64,000 nt of DNA from Candidatus Nanohaloarchaea archaeon (GCA_014297435.1 JACOQA010000003.1:32001-96000); one strand, 5' to 3'. Positions 1 to 8,890 are shown, counted from the first letter of the stretch. Notes: generated from the sequence alone by a model not told the origin. Made by a program: numbers and translations.

Positions 1-618
1 ACCGTTTCAGGATCTAATGAAGTGGAGAGCGCTGTAGGGAACCTGAAAGAGCTTTTCGAGGAAAGATTAAACACGAAGAACGTTCAGTTCGAGAATGTAG
101 AGCTTGACTACGAGGTCAAACTTGAGTATTCGAAGGCAGGACCGGTACTTGGAGGCGATGTCGGCGAGGTAGAATCAGCTTTAGCCGACAGAGACTATAC
201 CAAGATCGCGGAAAAGATTGATGCAGGTAAAGCTGTTGAGATAGCTGGCTACGAGCTTGAACCCAAGATGTTCGATGTTAGAACTCACGTTCCCGAAGAT
301 ATGGATGGAGAGGAGTTCTCAGAAGGAACAGTCTACTTGGACGATGAGATGACCGAAGATCTTCTGGATGAAGCATTTGTCGCAGAAATCGTGAGAGCGA
401 TCCAGCAGAAGAGAAAGGAAGCTGAGCTTGAAGTCGAAGACAGAGTAAACCTTTCGTTCTCAGGCGACACACAACCCGTTGAAGTCCATTTAGAGGAGGT
501 CAAGGATCGTGTGAACGTCAAGGATGTCGATTTTGGTGAATCCGATTATGAATACGTTGGCGTGGTCGAGTTCGAGGGACGTGAAATCGAGTTCAGCTTC
601 TCGGAGCCGGTGGCTTGA
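1..618 (+). CDS. ileS: Isoleucyl-tRNA synthetase, C-terminal part (5' truncated by window)
   Basis: Frame is open from base 1; 'YSKAGPVLG' and 'VYLDDEMTEDLLDEAFVAEIVRAIQQKRKEAELEVEDRV' match the archaeal/eukaryote-type IleRS C-terminus. Confidence 0.85.
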   Translation, partial: TVSGSNEVESAVGNLKELFEERLNTKNVQFENVELDYEVKLEYSKAGPVLGGDVGEVESALADRDYTKIAEKIDAGKAVEIAGYELEPKMFDVRTHVPEDMDGEEFSEGTVYLDDEMTEDLLDEAFVAEIVRAIQQKRKEAELEVEDRVNLSFSGDTQPVEVHLEEVKDRVNVKDVDFGESDYEYVGVVEFEGREIEFSFSEPVA

Positions 619-644
619 AAAGCTTCTTAGGAGGTTAGAGAAGT

Positions 645-1739
645 ATGAAGACCGAAAAGTTAGAACCGGCAATGAGTTACCTTGAAAACGTAGATGAAAA
701 CGATAGAGTGGTTATTGTACACCACTGGGATATGGACGGCATTTCCTCCAGCGCCATCATTTCGAAAATACTTGAAGAGTTGAGAGGTAGCCCAGCAGAA
801 GAAGTGACGATACCGGCTCAGCGGTCATACCACTTGACAGAGAAAGACCACGAGCTTATTGACGACGCGGACAAGCTAATCGTCTTAGATTTCAATCTTG
901 AGGCTGATGAGCTCGAAGAGCTGAACGAACAACTCGATGTACTTGTGGTCGACCACCACTCGTTCGACAGGAAGCCTGAAGTCGCATTTGTTAATCCAAG
1001 AGATGAAAACGAGGACGTCTACGTTCCCTGTTCGAAAATCTGTCTTGATATAGCTGCCGAGTACGACCTTGAGGAAGAGCTTAGATGGATCGCAGGTCTA
1101 GGAGTTATACAGGACTTCGGTGTTGATTCCTGCCCTGAACTGTTTGAGAGGCTTTACGAGAACTATGAACAATATCTTCCAAAAGAGCTTTCGCAGGAGG
1201 AGCTCGCAAAGAACTGTGAGTACGGACGATATTCTTCTGTGCTTAATATTAAGCCTTACCGTGATTCAAAGCATTACGCCAAGCTAGCTTACGAGGCCTT
1301 AATGAGTTCTGAGGATCTTCTAGAGCTTGAAGCACAGGAAGAGTACAGAAAGGTCTATGAAGTCTATCTTGAGATGCAGGATGAATTTAACGATGCGGTA
1401 GAGGATTACGAGGAGGAAAGAGAGATCGATAGGCAGAAGATGATCATCTTCTTCGAGCTTGAATCCGACTTCCACATAACCTCAAGTATAGCTACCAACA
1501 TGTCCACCAAGACGCCTGAATGGATTCACCTAGTTATCCAGCGGGATGAAAATGAGATTAATGTTTCAGCTCGGTGTCAGTCCGGAAGAGTGGACTTAGG
1601 CGACTTAATGCAGAAAGCTTTACCTGAAGGCTCTCGAGAAGAAGGAGCTGAGGCCGGAGGACACAAGAAGGCTGCGGGGGCATCAATGAAACCTGAGTAC
1701 CTTGAGGAGTTCAAAGAGAACTTCACAGAGCTTGTGTAG
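645..1739 (+). CDS. DHH/DHHA1 family phosphoesterase (RecJ/NrnA-like)
   Basis: Motifs HHWDMDG, VLD, VDHH and C-terminal SAR...GGHKKAAG. Confidence 0.9.
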   Translation: MKTEKLEPAMSYLENVDENDRVVIVHHWDMDGISSSAIISKILEELRGSPAEEVTIPAQRSYHLTEKDHELIDDADKLIVLDFNLEADELEELNEQLDVLVVDHHSFDRKPEVAFVNPRDENEDVYVPCSKICLDIAAEYDLEEELRWIAGLGVIQDFGVDSCPELFERLYENYEQYLPKELSQEELAKNCEYGRYSSVLNIKPYRDSKHYAKLAYEALMSSEDLLELEAQEEYRKVYEVYLEMQDEFNDAVEDYEEEREIDRQKMIIFFELESDFHITSSIATNMSTKTPEWIHLVIQRDENEINVSARCQSGRVDLGDLMQKALPEGSREEGAEAGGHKKAAGASMKPEYLEEFKENFTELV

Positions 1740-1782
1740 GAAAACCTGTTTAAAACCCGAGAAGAACATGATATACAGTACT

Positions 1783-1929
1783 ATGAGCAAAGACAAGGCC
1801 GAAAAACAGAAGCAGAAAGCCAAAGAAATGCTCGGTATCGATGACGACCGAGCGGAAGAAATCTTCCAGGAACAACCAGACAGGAAACAGCAGAAGAAGA
1901 AAGAGCTAGAGGAGAAACGGAAAGACTAA
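1783..1929 (+). CDS. Small charged hypothetical protein (48 aa, MSKDKAEK...)
   Basis: ATG at 1783 about 30 nt after a TTTAAAA box; K/E-rich; stop overlaps the convergent ORF. Confidence 0.55.
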   Translation: MSKDKAEKQKQKAKEMLGIDDDRAEEIFQEQPDRKQQKKKELEEKRKD

Positions 1930-2537
1930 CAGTTTTCTCTCCACAACTTTTCCACTTTTTCCTTCGTAAGTTTTTCCTCCATACTATCGACAGCATACTT
2001 CCTGAGTGACCTGGAAATATCCTCATTTAAGCTTCTCTTATTTTCCCAGCGCTTTTCTTCTATAGCTTCTAAGACCTTCTTTTTGTCGAACACAACCTCT
2101 CCGAAATCAAGCTGAACCATACGTCCTTCATCATCATATCCGTTGTTGAGCGTGAAGTTATAGATAGTGTCACCAATACCGTAGCTCCAGAGAGTTTCCA
2201 GAAGATCAACATAATCATCTATAATCTGTTTCTTCTCTTCTAGATCACTGAGAGATTCTAGTTTATTGTGTACCGGAACAAGCCTGTCCTGATAAACAGT
2301 ACCGTCGTCTATCCGAATATTCCCGAAGATAAAACTTGGCAGATCCTTTTCCTGGATTCTTTCTAGGGATCTTGACCTTCTTTCAATCGCCATATCTACG
2401 TTTTCCTCAGCCTTTGCCCTGGAGTCGTACCAGTTGGTAGCCATCTCTATCATTTCTTCTCTAGACTTGGGCTCTTTCCGAACCCAGTCTCCTTCAGCAT
2501 AAACTTTGTACTGAAGTCCTTCACCAATCAGCACCAT
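1926..2537 (-). CDS. Protein-kinase-like fold hypothetical protein
   Basis: Gly loop IGEGLQYKVY, VRK lysine, GIGD..N..N segment, LDFGE. Confidence 0.6.
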   Translation of the reverse strand: MVLIGEGLQYKVYAEGDWVRKEPKSREEMIEMATNWYDSRAKAEENVDMAIERRSRSLERIQEKDLPSFIFGNIRIDDGTVYQDRLVPVHNKLESLSDLEEKKQIIDDYVDLLETLWSYGIGDTIYNFTLNNGYDDEGRMVQLDFGEVVFDKKKVLEAIEEKRWENKRSLNEDISRSLRKYAVDSMEEKLTKEKVEKLWRENC

Positions 2538-2540
2538 TTT

Positions 2541-3968
2541 CTAGCTCTCTACCCAGATCGCGCCTTCATCCGTATCTTCTATCTCGAAACCTATTTCTCC
2601 CAGTCTATCACGGATGAAGTCCGATGTCTCATAGTCCTCATTTTCTCTCGCACTCTCTCTTAACTCCAGTAAGGTTTCGACCAGTTCCGATTCCTCCTTG
2701 TCCTCCCTAAGTTCTACCCCGAGGATCTCGAAAAGCTCTTCTAAAACCTGTTTGGCTTCTCCGGTGTTGGCGTCCGAGTTCTGGTCAAGAGCAGCGTTAA
2801 CCGAGTTGATATACTCCATCAGTTCCTGTTTAGCGTTCGCGGTATTAAGGTCATCATCCATCTCTTCCTCAAACCTTTTCCTCAGTTTTTCTGTCTCCTC
2901 TTCTAGGACGTTTTCTCCTTCCTGACCGCTTTTCTCTACACGTTTCAGAGTTCTCTTCAGTTTCTTCAGTTCTTTTTCTGCTTTCTCAAAACCTTCACGT
3001 GAGAAGTTGGTCTCGGATCTGTAGTGTGAAGAAACAAGATACAGTCTTAGTGCGTTTCCACTGTATCCTTCATCTAGCAGATCTCTTACCGTGACAAAGT
3101 TTCCTTTGGATTTACTCATTTTCTCTCCTTCCCACTGGATGAACTCGTTGTGAAGCCAGTACCTTGCCTGTCCTTCTCCGGTGGCTGCGAAGCACTGCGC
3201 TCTCTCGTTCGGATGGTGCGGGAAGATATGGTCTTTTCCGCCCGCGTGGATATCGAACTCATCTCCCAGGTATTTCTGCCCCATAACTGAGCATTCAAGG
3301 TGCCATCCCGGGTATCCGGTTGACCATGGACTCTCCCATTTCATGAGGTGACCTGTACCTTCCGCATTTAACCAAAGGGCAAAGTCGTACTGGTTCTTCT
3401 TTTTACTGTCCTCTTCAACCCTTGATTCTGCTTCTTTTTTCAGTTGTTCAAGATCTTTCTTCGCCATCTCCCCATACGGATAGTCTTTGACGAAAGCATC
3501 GATATCGAAATAGACGTTGCCCTCTCTTTCGTAGGCATAACCGTTTTCAATTATTTTTTCGATGTAGTTGATCATCTCGTTTAGGTGACCTGTGGCTCTA
3601 GGAACAATATCCTGCCTTTCAACGTTGATTGCTTGAGTGTCCTCGAAGTAGCGTTCGATCTGATCCTCTACTAGCTCCATAGGTTCAAGTCCGAGTTCTT
3701 TAGCTCTTTTCTCGACCTTGTCCTCTCCCTGATCGCCATCGTCCGTTAAGTGTCCAACATCAGTAATGTTCTGGACGTGTCTTACCGTGAAGCCTTTCCA
3801 TTCAAGGTAACGCCTTAACGTGTCCCATACAGCGTAGGGTCTTGCGTTTCCTATGTGCAGATCATCGTAGATTGTCTGTCCACAGCTGTAGAACTTTACC
3901 TTTCCTTCTTCTTTCGGTTCGAACTCTTCTTTCTCACGGGTCAAAGTGTTGAATAGTTTGAGTGGCAT
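2541..3968 (-). CDS. cysS: Cysteinyl-tRNA synthetase
   Basis: CGQTIYDDLHIGN, PGWHLECS, HAGGKDHIFPHHPNE, KMSKS. Confidence 0.98.
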   Translation of the reverse strand: MPLKLFNTLTREKEEFEPKEEGKVKFYSCGQTIYDDLHIGNARPYAVWDTLRRYLEWKGFTVRHVQNITDVGHLTDDGDQGEDKVEKRAKELGLEPMELVEDQIERYFEDTQAINVERQDIVPRATGHLNEMINYIEKIIENGYAYEREGNVYFDIDAFVKDYPYGEMAKKDLEQLKKEAESRVEEDSKKKNQYDFALWLNAEGTGHLMKWESPWSTGYPGWHLECSVMGQKYLGDEFDIHAGGKDHIFPHHPNERAQCFAATGEGQARYWLHNEFIQWEGEKMSKSKGNFVTVRDLLDEGYSGNALRLYLVSSHYRSETNFSREGFEKAEKELKKLKRTLKRVEKSGQEGENVLEEETEKLRKRFEEEMDDDLNTANAKQELMEYINSVNAALDQNSDANTGEAKQVLEELFEILGVELREDKEESELVETLLELRESARENEDYETSDFIRDRLGEIGFEIEDTDEGAIWVES

Positions 3969-4052
3969 TCTTGATCAGCTGCGATTAATAGAAAGTGAGG
4001 TTGTGAAAGTTAAAAGATTTCCAGAAATTGCTTGATCTTTTTTCCGCTCATA

Positions 4053-4070
4053 TGATTGAAATTTCAATCA
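4053..4070. promoter_or_regulatory. Perfect 18-bp palindrome TGATTGAAATTTCAATCA, candidate operator
   Basis: Equals its own reverse complement; in an AT-rich intergenic region about 85 bp upstream of cysS. Confidence 0.4.
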
Positions 4071-4274
4071 GTTCCAGCAATATCCAACACGATTAAAAGA
4101 ACATATTATCCAAATAATGACCTTGAGGATTCTTCTAAGACTTGATTCTCTGAAAGATCAGACCTATAATCCTTCTTATCACGTTGATCTACCTCGTGCT
4201 TGTCTTTCAATTGAACTTTAGAAGTATTAGAACTACTAAGATTTCTGAGAAAAACCTTATATCTTTTAATTTAA

Positions 4275-4724
4275 TCAGAAAGAAGGCATCTTCTCCAGTT
4301 TTTCCAGAAACTTCCCGATTCTCTCACTACCTTCCATGTATCCCTTGTCAATCTTTCCAACTTCCTCTTCTACTTCGGAAGGTTCAACCCATTTAACTTC
4401 CTTAAGATCTTCCTCAGGTTCTGCATCATCTGAGTCCGCTTCCATATGGTAGAGAACTCTGACTAGGTTGTCAGGGCCTTGATCGACCTGACTCGACGAG
4501 TTTACCTCAACCAATTGAAATATTTCACCTTCTAAACCGGTTTCCTCTTCTACTTCACGTTTTGCGGCTTCTTCCGGATCTTCTCCTTCTTCTATGTGTC
4601 CTCCGGGGAAGTGCCACTGGTCCGACATAGGATGATCTTCTTTCTCGATCTTTTTCCCTAGCAGAACCTTTCCGTTGTAGGTTACTATTGCGCCGGCTGC
4701 GACCATGAAGTTTTCTCTTGACAT
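4275..4724 (-). CDS. NUDIX hydrolase
   Basis: Nudix box GGHIEEGEDPEEAAKREVEEETGL. Confidence 0.93.
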   Translation of the reverse strand: MSRENFMVAAGAIVTYNGKVLLGKKIEKEDHPMSDQWHFPGGHIEEGEDPEEAAKREVEEETGLEGEIFQLVEVNSSSQVDQGPDNLVRVLYHMEADSDDAEPEEDLKEVKWVEPSEVEEEVGKIDKGYMEGSERIGKFLEKLEKMPSF

Positions 4725-4762
4725 ATTTTAGAATAAGAAGGGAAGGGATTTGAAGCCTGTTG

Positions 4763-5419
4763 CTAGAAAACAGCCAGACTGTTCTCTACTTCTTGTCTTA
4801 GTGCGTCTTCCCCCTGCTCAGCCGTCCCAACCATGTCATCAATATGTGTCTCTGGGTTACGGTGACCATAGTTTACCGAAGCTCTTCCGGCTTCTTCGCC
4901 TTCAACTGCGACGGAGACCTGGCTTATAACATCGCCTTCTACAGGTTGATCGGAGTAGCCAGAAATTGTCTCGTCCCCAAGCTCGTCGTTGAATCCCATT
5001 AGCACATTTGTGATGTAGTCAACGGCTGTTCCTCTTCCTTCTTCATCCAGAGTGTGGTCGAATTCGGATAGTTCTCCTGTGGCGTCAATAGATATGTTGA
5101 TTCCGTATCTGTCCTGTTTGACGTATTCTGATCTATGTTTACTTACGCTTGCGACCCCTTTGTTTGTTACCTCTACATCAGGTTCTTCAAGCATACTGTA
5201 GTTGTTAGTTATCCTATTTAGTTCTGATTCAAGCTCTGAGACTTCGTCATCATACGGATGATCGATACTACTTGTTCTCGAACCCGAATTTGCGGCATTC
5301 ACCCCATTTTTGGTTTGTTGTGTTTTCTGTTTTCCGTCAGAGGCGCATCCTGCTGCTCCGGCAGTAAGTGCTGCGCCGATTCCGCCTAAAATCTTTCTCC
5401 GGGAAAACTTCTTGGTCAT
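4763..5419 (-). CDS. Putative Tat-exported lipoprotein, unknown function
   Basis: FSRRKILG twin-arginine motif, hydrophobic stretch, AAGC lipobox. Confidence 0.7.
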   Translation of the reverse strand: MTKKFSRRKILGGIGAALTAGAAGCASDGKQKTQQTKNGVNAANSGSRTSSIDHPYDDEVSELESELNRITNNYSMLEEPDVEVTNKGVASVSKHRSEYVKQDRYGINISIDATGELSEFDHTLDEEGRGTAVDYITNVLMGFNDELGDETISGYSDQPVEGDVISQVSVAVEGEEAGRASVNYGHRNPETHIDDMVGTAEQGEDALRQEVENSLAVF

Positions 5420-5457
5420 ATTTGTTACTAGAAGGTCAATACATAAAAATGTTTTGG

Positions 5458-5847
5458 TTATACGCCCAAGACTCTCATATCCTTCTCAAGCTGAGGCACC
5501 GTTTCAAAACCATCGATCTGATCTCTCTTTACCCACTCGAACTTATCATGTTCTCGAGTCAGCTCAACTTCATCGCTCTCAACTATGACAAGCACGGGAT
5601 GGATTGTGAAGTGGTATTCTCCAGATTCAACGGTAAAAGGTTCCGCAGTTTTGATTGTCTTTCCTATCAGACCTGTTTCCTCTTCAAGTTCACGTAGAGC
5701 GCCCTCCCTCTCTGTTTCATCCTCCAGAAAACCAGAGGGAAACTCCCACTCTCCCGGGTAACGGTCTCTAGATTCAGCTCTCTTTACCAAAAGAAACTTC
5801 TCTATCTCAGGATTGTAGGTTACGGCCACCACAACATCGTGGTTCAT
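5458..5847 (-). CDS. NUDIX hydrolase
   Basis: WEFPSGFLEDETEREGALRELEEETGL. Confidence 0.9.
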   Translation of the reverse strand: MNHDVVVAVTYNPEIEKFLLVKRAESRDRYPGEWEFPSGFLEDETEREGALRELEEETGLIGKTIKTAEPFTVESGEYHFTIHPVLVIVESDEVELTREHDKFEWVKRDQIDGFETVPQLEKDMRVLGV

Positions 5848-6623
5848 AGATCTAGTCTTTCAATAGATTCCATTTCTCCAAGGGTTTTCAGGCCATCAAG
5901 TTCGCCCAGACTAACTAGCTTAGCCTTGTCGTGTTCATGATTAAGCTCCACCTCTCCTTCTGCTTCGACAAGGAACGGGTGCAGCCTCCAAACACCTAGT
6001 TCTCCACGATTCAAGTACGGTTTTCCGGATCTAACCGCTTGGCCTTCAAGCCCTGTCTCCTCTTTTAGCTCTCTAAGCGCAGCTTCTTTTTTCGTTTCAC
6101 CTTCCTCTATTCTTCCTCCCGGAAAGTTCCAGTAGCCTGAGCTCGAGGTCTGCTCCGAACGCCTGAGAACAACATATTTCCCGTTTTTTCTGGGTACTGA
6201 GGTTGCGACCTCGCCCTCAACCAGTCCAAGCTGCTTGATAGCCTTGAACTGGCCTATACTTTCGTACTCGTAGAAATTAGTTAGATCGATCCATTCGAAA
6301 CTGTCATGTTCCTCAGAAAGAACATTCTCTGAAATCTCATCTGCTTTTTCTGGATCGAGTTCGATTAGTACGGGGTAAAGATTGTATTTCGGATTATCTT
6401 CGCTAGGATACGGATCGGCGACTTTCTCTATACTGTAATCGTTTTCTTTCCACTTAAGCTGTATTTCTTCTTTTAGCTCGCGTACTGCCGCTTCTTCTAT
6501 CGCTTCATTCTCTTTTCTTTTCCCGCCTATCCACTCCCAGTAGTTGTCCTTCGTTCTCCGTGCCAGGAAGTATTTTTCCTGCGATCTTATCACTAGCTGG
6601 GCTACGTCTTTTGTGTCGGCCAT
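5844..6623 (-). CDS. Tandem two-domain NUDIX hydrolase
   Basis: Two Nudix boxes: GGKRKENEAIEEAAVRELKEEI and GGRIEEGETKKEAALRELKEETGL. Confidence 0.9.
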   Translation of the reverse strand: MADTKDVAQLVIRSQEKYFLARRTKDNYWEWIGGKRKENEAIEEAAVRELKEEIQLKWKENDYSIEKVADPYPSEDNPKYNLYPVLIELDPEKADEISENVLSEEHDSFEWIDLTNFYEYESIGQFKAIKQLGLVEGEVATSVPRKNGKYVVLRRSEQTSSSGYWNFPGGRIEEGETKKEAALRELKEETGLEGQAVRSGKPYLNRGELGVWRLHPFLVEAEGEVELNHEHDKAKLVSLGELDGLKTLGEMESIERLDL

Positions 6624-6662
6624 AGATTTGTTTTAGACCTCAGAGATTATTATTGGCTATTA

Positions 6663-7055
6663 TCAGAACTCTATTTCGTCAACCGAGATCAGATCCCAGT
6701 CTGCGTAAGGCTCATCTTTGTCCTCGTATGATTCTTTAACGTCCTCAGGATCGCCTCTTACCTGCATAAAGTAGAAATCTTCGTCTATTCTCCCGACTTC
6801 AACCCCGAGAGTCTCCCTCACGGTTTCATACAAAGTGGTGTAGACCTGCTCTATCTCATTTGAGCCAACTTTTCCTACAGGGGAGCTTAGATTGGATTCC
6901 TGAACCTTTTCGAGATCTACAGCTGCCGAAAACGCATAAATATCGTCATGCGCCTCATCCAGAATACCTTCTATAGTTGCATCATTCTGCTTAGGATCAT
7001 CATCCAGCGTTTCATCTATAGACTGTTTCAAAGCCCTACCCCATCCTTCTCGCAT
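6663..7055 (-). CDS. Acidic hypothetical protein (130 aa; start revised to MREGWG...)
   Basis: The listed longer ORF runs through tRNA-Cys; ATG at 7055 gives a typical acidic product. Confidence 0.65.
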   Translation of the reverse strand: MREGWGRALKQSIDETLDDDPKQNDATIEGILDEAHDDIYAFSAAVDLEKVQESNLSSPVGKVGSNEIEQVYTTLYETVRETLGVEVGRIDEDFYFMQVRGDPEDVKESYEDKDEPYADWDLISVDEIEF

Positions 7056-7097
7056 AAGTAATCGAAATTTAGGGAGAACTTTTTGTATATGAAGGAT

Positions 7098-7168
7098 AGC
7101 CGGGACGGGGATTTGCACCCCGGTAGGCGGCTTTGCAGGCCGCTGCATAGCTCCTCTGCCATCCCGGC
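7098..7168 (-). tRNA. tRNA-Cys(GCA)
   Basis: Reverse complement: acceptor GCCGGGA/TCCCGGC, anticodon arm GCGGC-CTGCAAA-GCCGC, T arm CGGGG-TGCAAAT-CCCCG, U73 discriminator; CCA not encoded. Confidence 0.93.
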
Positions 7169-7217
7169 AAACAGATTCTTTTAACTAAACAGTCGGTGAG
7201 AAACCTTAAAACCGCTT

Positions 7218-7310
7218 TCAGTCGTTGCACGGACAGCCTTCGCCGCATCCGCACCCTTTCTCTTCCTCGCCTTCACCAGTTTCAACGTCTTTACTTCCTT
7301 TTTCTGGCAT
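7218..7310 (-). CDS. 30-aa Cys-rich micropeptide MPEKGSKDVETGEGEEEKGCGCGEGCPCND (metallothionein-like)
   Basis: Hand translation ATG(7310) to TGA(7218); CxCxxxCxC motif; AT-rich TATA-like box about 25 nt upstream; too short for the ORF track. Confidence 0.6.
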   Translation of the reverse strand: MPEKGSKDVETGEGEEEKGCGCGEGCPCND

Positions 7311-7383
7311 ATACAACGGTTTATGGAAAGGGTTTTTATTAGTCAAGGATTATCTGACGTATCAACGGAGGCAGATATTCTAT

Positions 7384-8190
7384 ATGAAGATCGAGGTTCT
7401 CGGCACGGTCCAGGATGGAGGAGTACCACACATGGATTGTAGCTGCCGGGTATGCGAGGAAGCTAGACAAGACTGTTCAAAACAAAGATACGTACACGCC
7501 GTCATGCTGAAGGAGAATGACGATGAAAACTCGATCCGGTATCTGATCGGAGCCAGCCCTGATATTAGAAACCAGATAAAGGGAGAGTTCCTCGACGGAG
7601 TATTCGTGTCGGACGACCACCTCGGAGATATTACAGGACTACTATTCCTAGGAGAGTCTTCTATGGATGCCTCCGGAGTACCTGTCTACTGCGCAGAAGG
7701 AGTAAAGGACTTCATAATGAAAAACGATCCGTACAGGTACATGGTCGACCGCGGAAATATTGAAACAGAAGTCGTAGACGAAGGAGAAGAAGTTGAGGTG
7801 CAGGGAGGTCATGTAGAACCTCGAGAAGTAATTCATAGAGGAGATTACGCTGACGCATTAAGCTTCATGATCCACGGAGAGGACAAAAAACTTTACTACG
7901 TCTCAGACCTCGACAAATGGACTGAAGACGCTATCGAATCGGTTAAAGAAGCTGATATTGCGATTGTCGATGGCTGCTTCTGGACGAAAGAGGAGCTGGA
8001 CAGGTTCGAGGAGGTTCCACACCCTCCGATCAAGGAGTCGATGGAAACGTTTTCGGACGTTGATACAGAGATCTACTTCACCCACATGAACCACACCAAC
8101 CCGGTACTGCTGGAGGACTCAGATGAGAGAAAGGAGATGGAGGAGAAAGGCTTCCAGATAGTTGAGAGAGGCATGGAGTTCGAGATCTAA
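7384..8190 (+). CDS. PqqB-like metallo-beta-lactamase-fold hydrolase (start revised to MKIEVLG)
   Basis: LGTVQDGGVPHMDCSCRVC, ASPDIRNQ, DG.FW, VPHP, THMNHTNP. Confidence 0.85.
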   Translation: MKIEVLGTVQDGGVPHMDCSCRVCEEARQDCSKQRYVHAVMLKENDDENSIRYLIGASPDIRNQIKGEFLDGVFVSDDHLGDITGLLFLGESSMDASGVPVYCAEGVKDFIMKNDPYRYMVDRGNIETEVVDEGEEVEVQGGHVEPREVIHRGDYADALSFMIHGEDKKLYYVSDLDKWTEDAIESVKEADIAIVDGCFWTKEELDRFEEVPHPPIKESMETFSDVDTEIYFTHMNHTNPVLLEDSDERKEMEEKGFQIVERGMEFEI

Positions 8191-8309
8191 AGGCAGGAAC
8201 ACTAGATTCGGACCCTTAAAACCTCTCGTATATAAAGTTTTCTTCTTATTTGCTATCTACAGGGCAGTCAAAACGCTCAACGAATTCTTACACCAAACTC
8301 TGATCCGTC

Positions 8310-8477
8310 ATGATCAAAAAATTCAACCTTCTGAAAGCATTCCTTACCTCGGTAACCACCGCACTAGTTTTACGTTCCGGAAACCACCTCAAAATGTTCT
8401 CACTGGTTGCAGGATTGATGACAGTAGGCGGGAGTCTGACATTAGAAATAGAAGATCAGATCAAAAGAAACATTTAG
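8310..8477 (+). CDS. Small hydrophobic hypothetical protein (55 aa, MIKKFNLLKAF...)
   Basis: Hand-translated ORF filling the intergenic gap; two hydrophobic segments. Confidence 0.35.
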   Translation: MIKKFNLLKAFLTSVTTALVLRSGNHLKMFSLVAGLMTVGGSLTLEIEDQIKRNI

Positions 8478-8490
8478 AGACCGATAACTA

Positions 8491-8877
8491 ATGTCTGCTA
8501 GTAAAGTTCCTGATATTTTCAAAGGCGAAATATCTAAGGAAGATAAAAAATTTCTATTAGAGCATGCTTGGAGTAAAAGAAGCCATTATAGAAGGAACTC
8601 TAGTTTTCTCCTAAGCCTACTAGTATCAACAACAGCTGTTTTTATTGCTTTCATAAATTACTATCTGAAAACCGCTGAATCATTAGGCGATTTTCTAGTA
8701 TTCTCACTGGTTTCTATTCTTTTCTCTTGTCTAATAATCATATTCGGATATAGTAGTTATTCCGCCTTCAAGACCTCAAACCATTACCAATCTATGTACT
8801 CAAGCTACTTAGAAACTTACTTTGAGGACTTAAGCGAAGAACTGATTGAGGATTATAAGGAGGACAAATTACTCTAG
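8491..8877 (+). CDS. Hypothetical two-TM membrane protein, AT-rich
   Basis: Two hydrophobic helices; visibly lower GC than flanks. Confidence 0.6.
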   Translation: MSASKVPDIFKGEISKEDKKFLLEHAWSKRSHYRRNSSFLLSLLVSTTAVFIAFINYYLKTAESLGDFLVFSLVSILFSCLIIIFGYSSYSAFKTSNHYQSMYSSYLETYFEDLSEELIEDYKEDKLL

Positions 8878-8890
8878 ATAACCGTCCGAC

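Noticed and set aside
7056-7383. N-terminal extensions of ORFs 6663-7148 and 7225-8190, and ORF 7069-7254
   Set aside because: They run through tRNA-Cys or antisense to the micropeptide; better starts at 7055 and 7384
7218-8190. PqqA precursor / PQQ biosynthesis cluster
   Set aside because: The peptide lacks the ExxxY motif (no Tyr) and no pqqC/D/E genes are in the window
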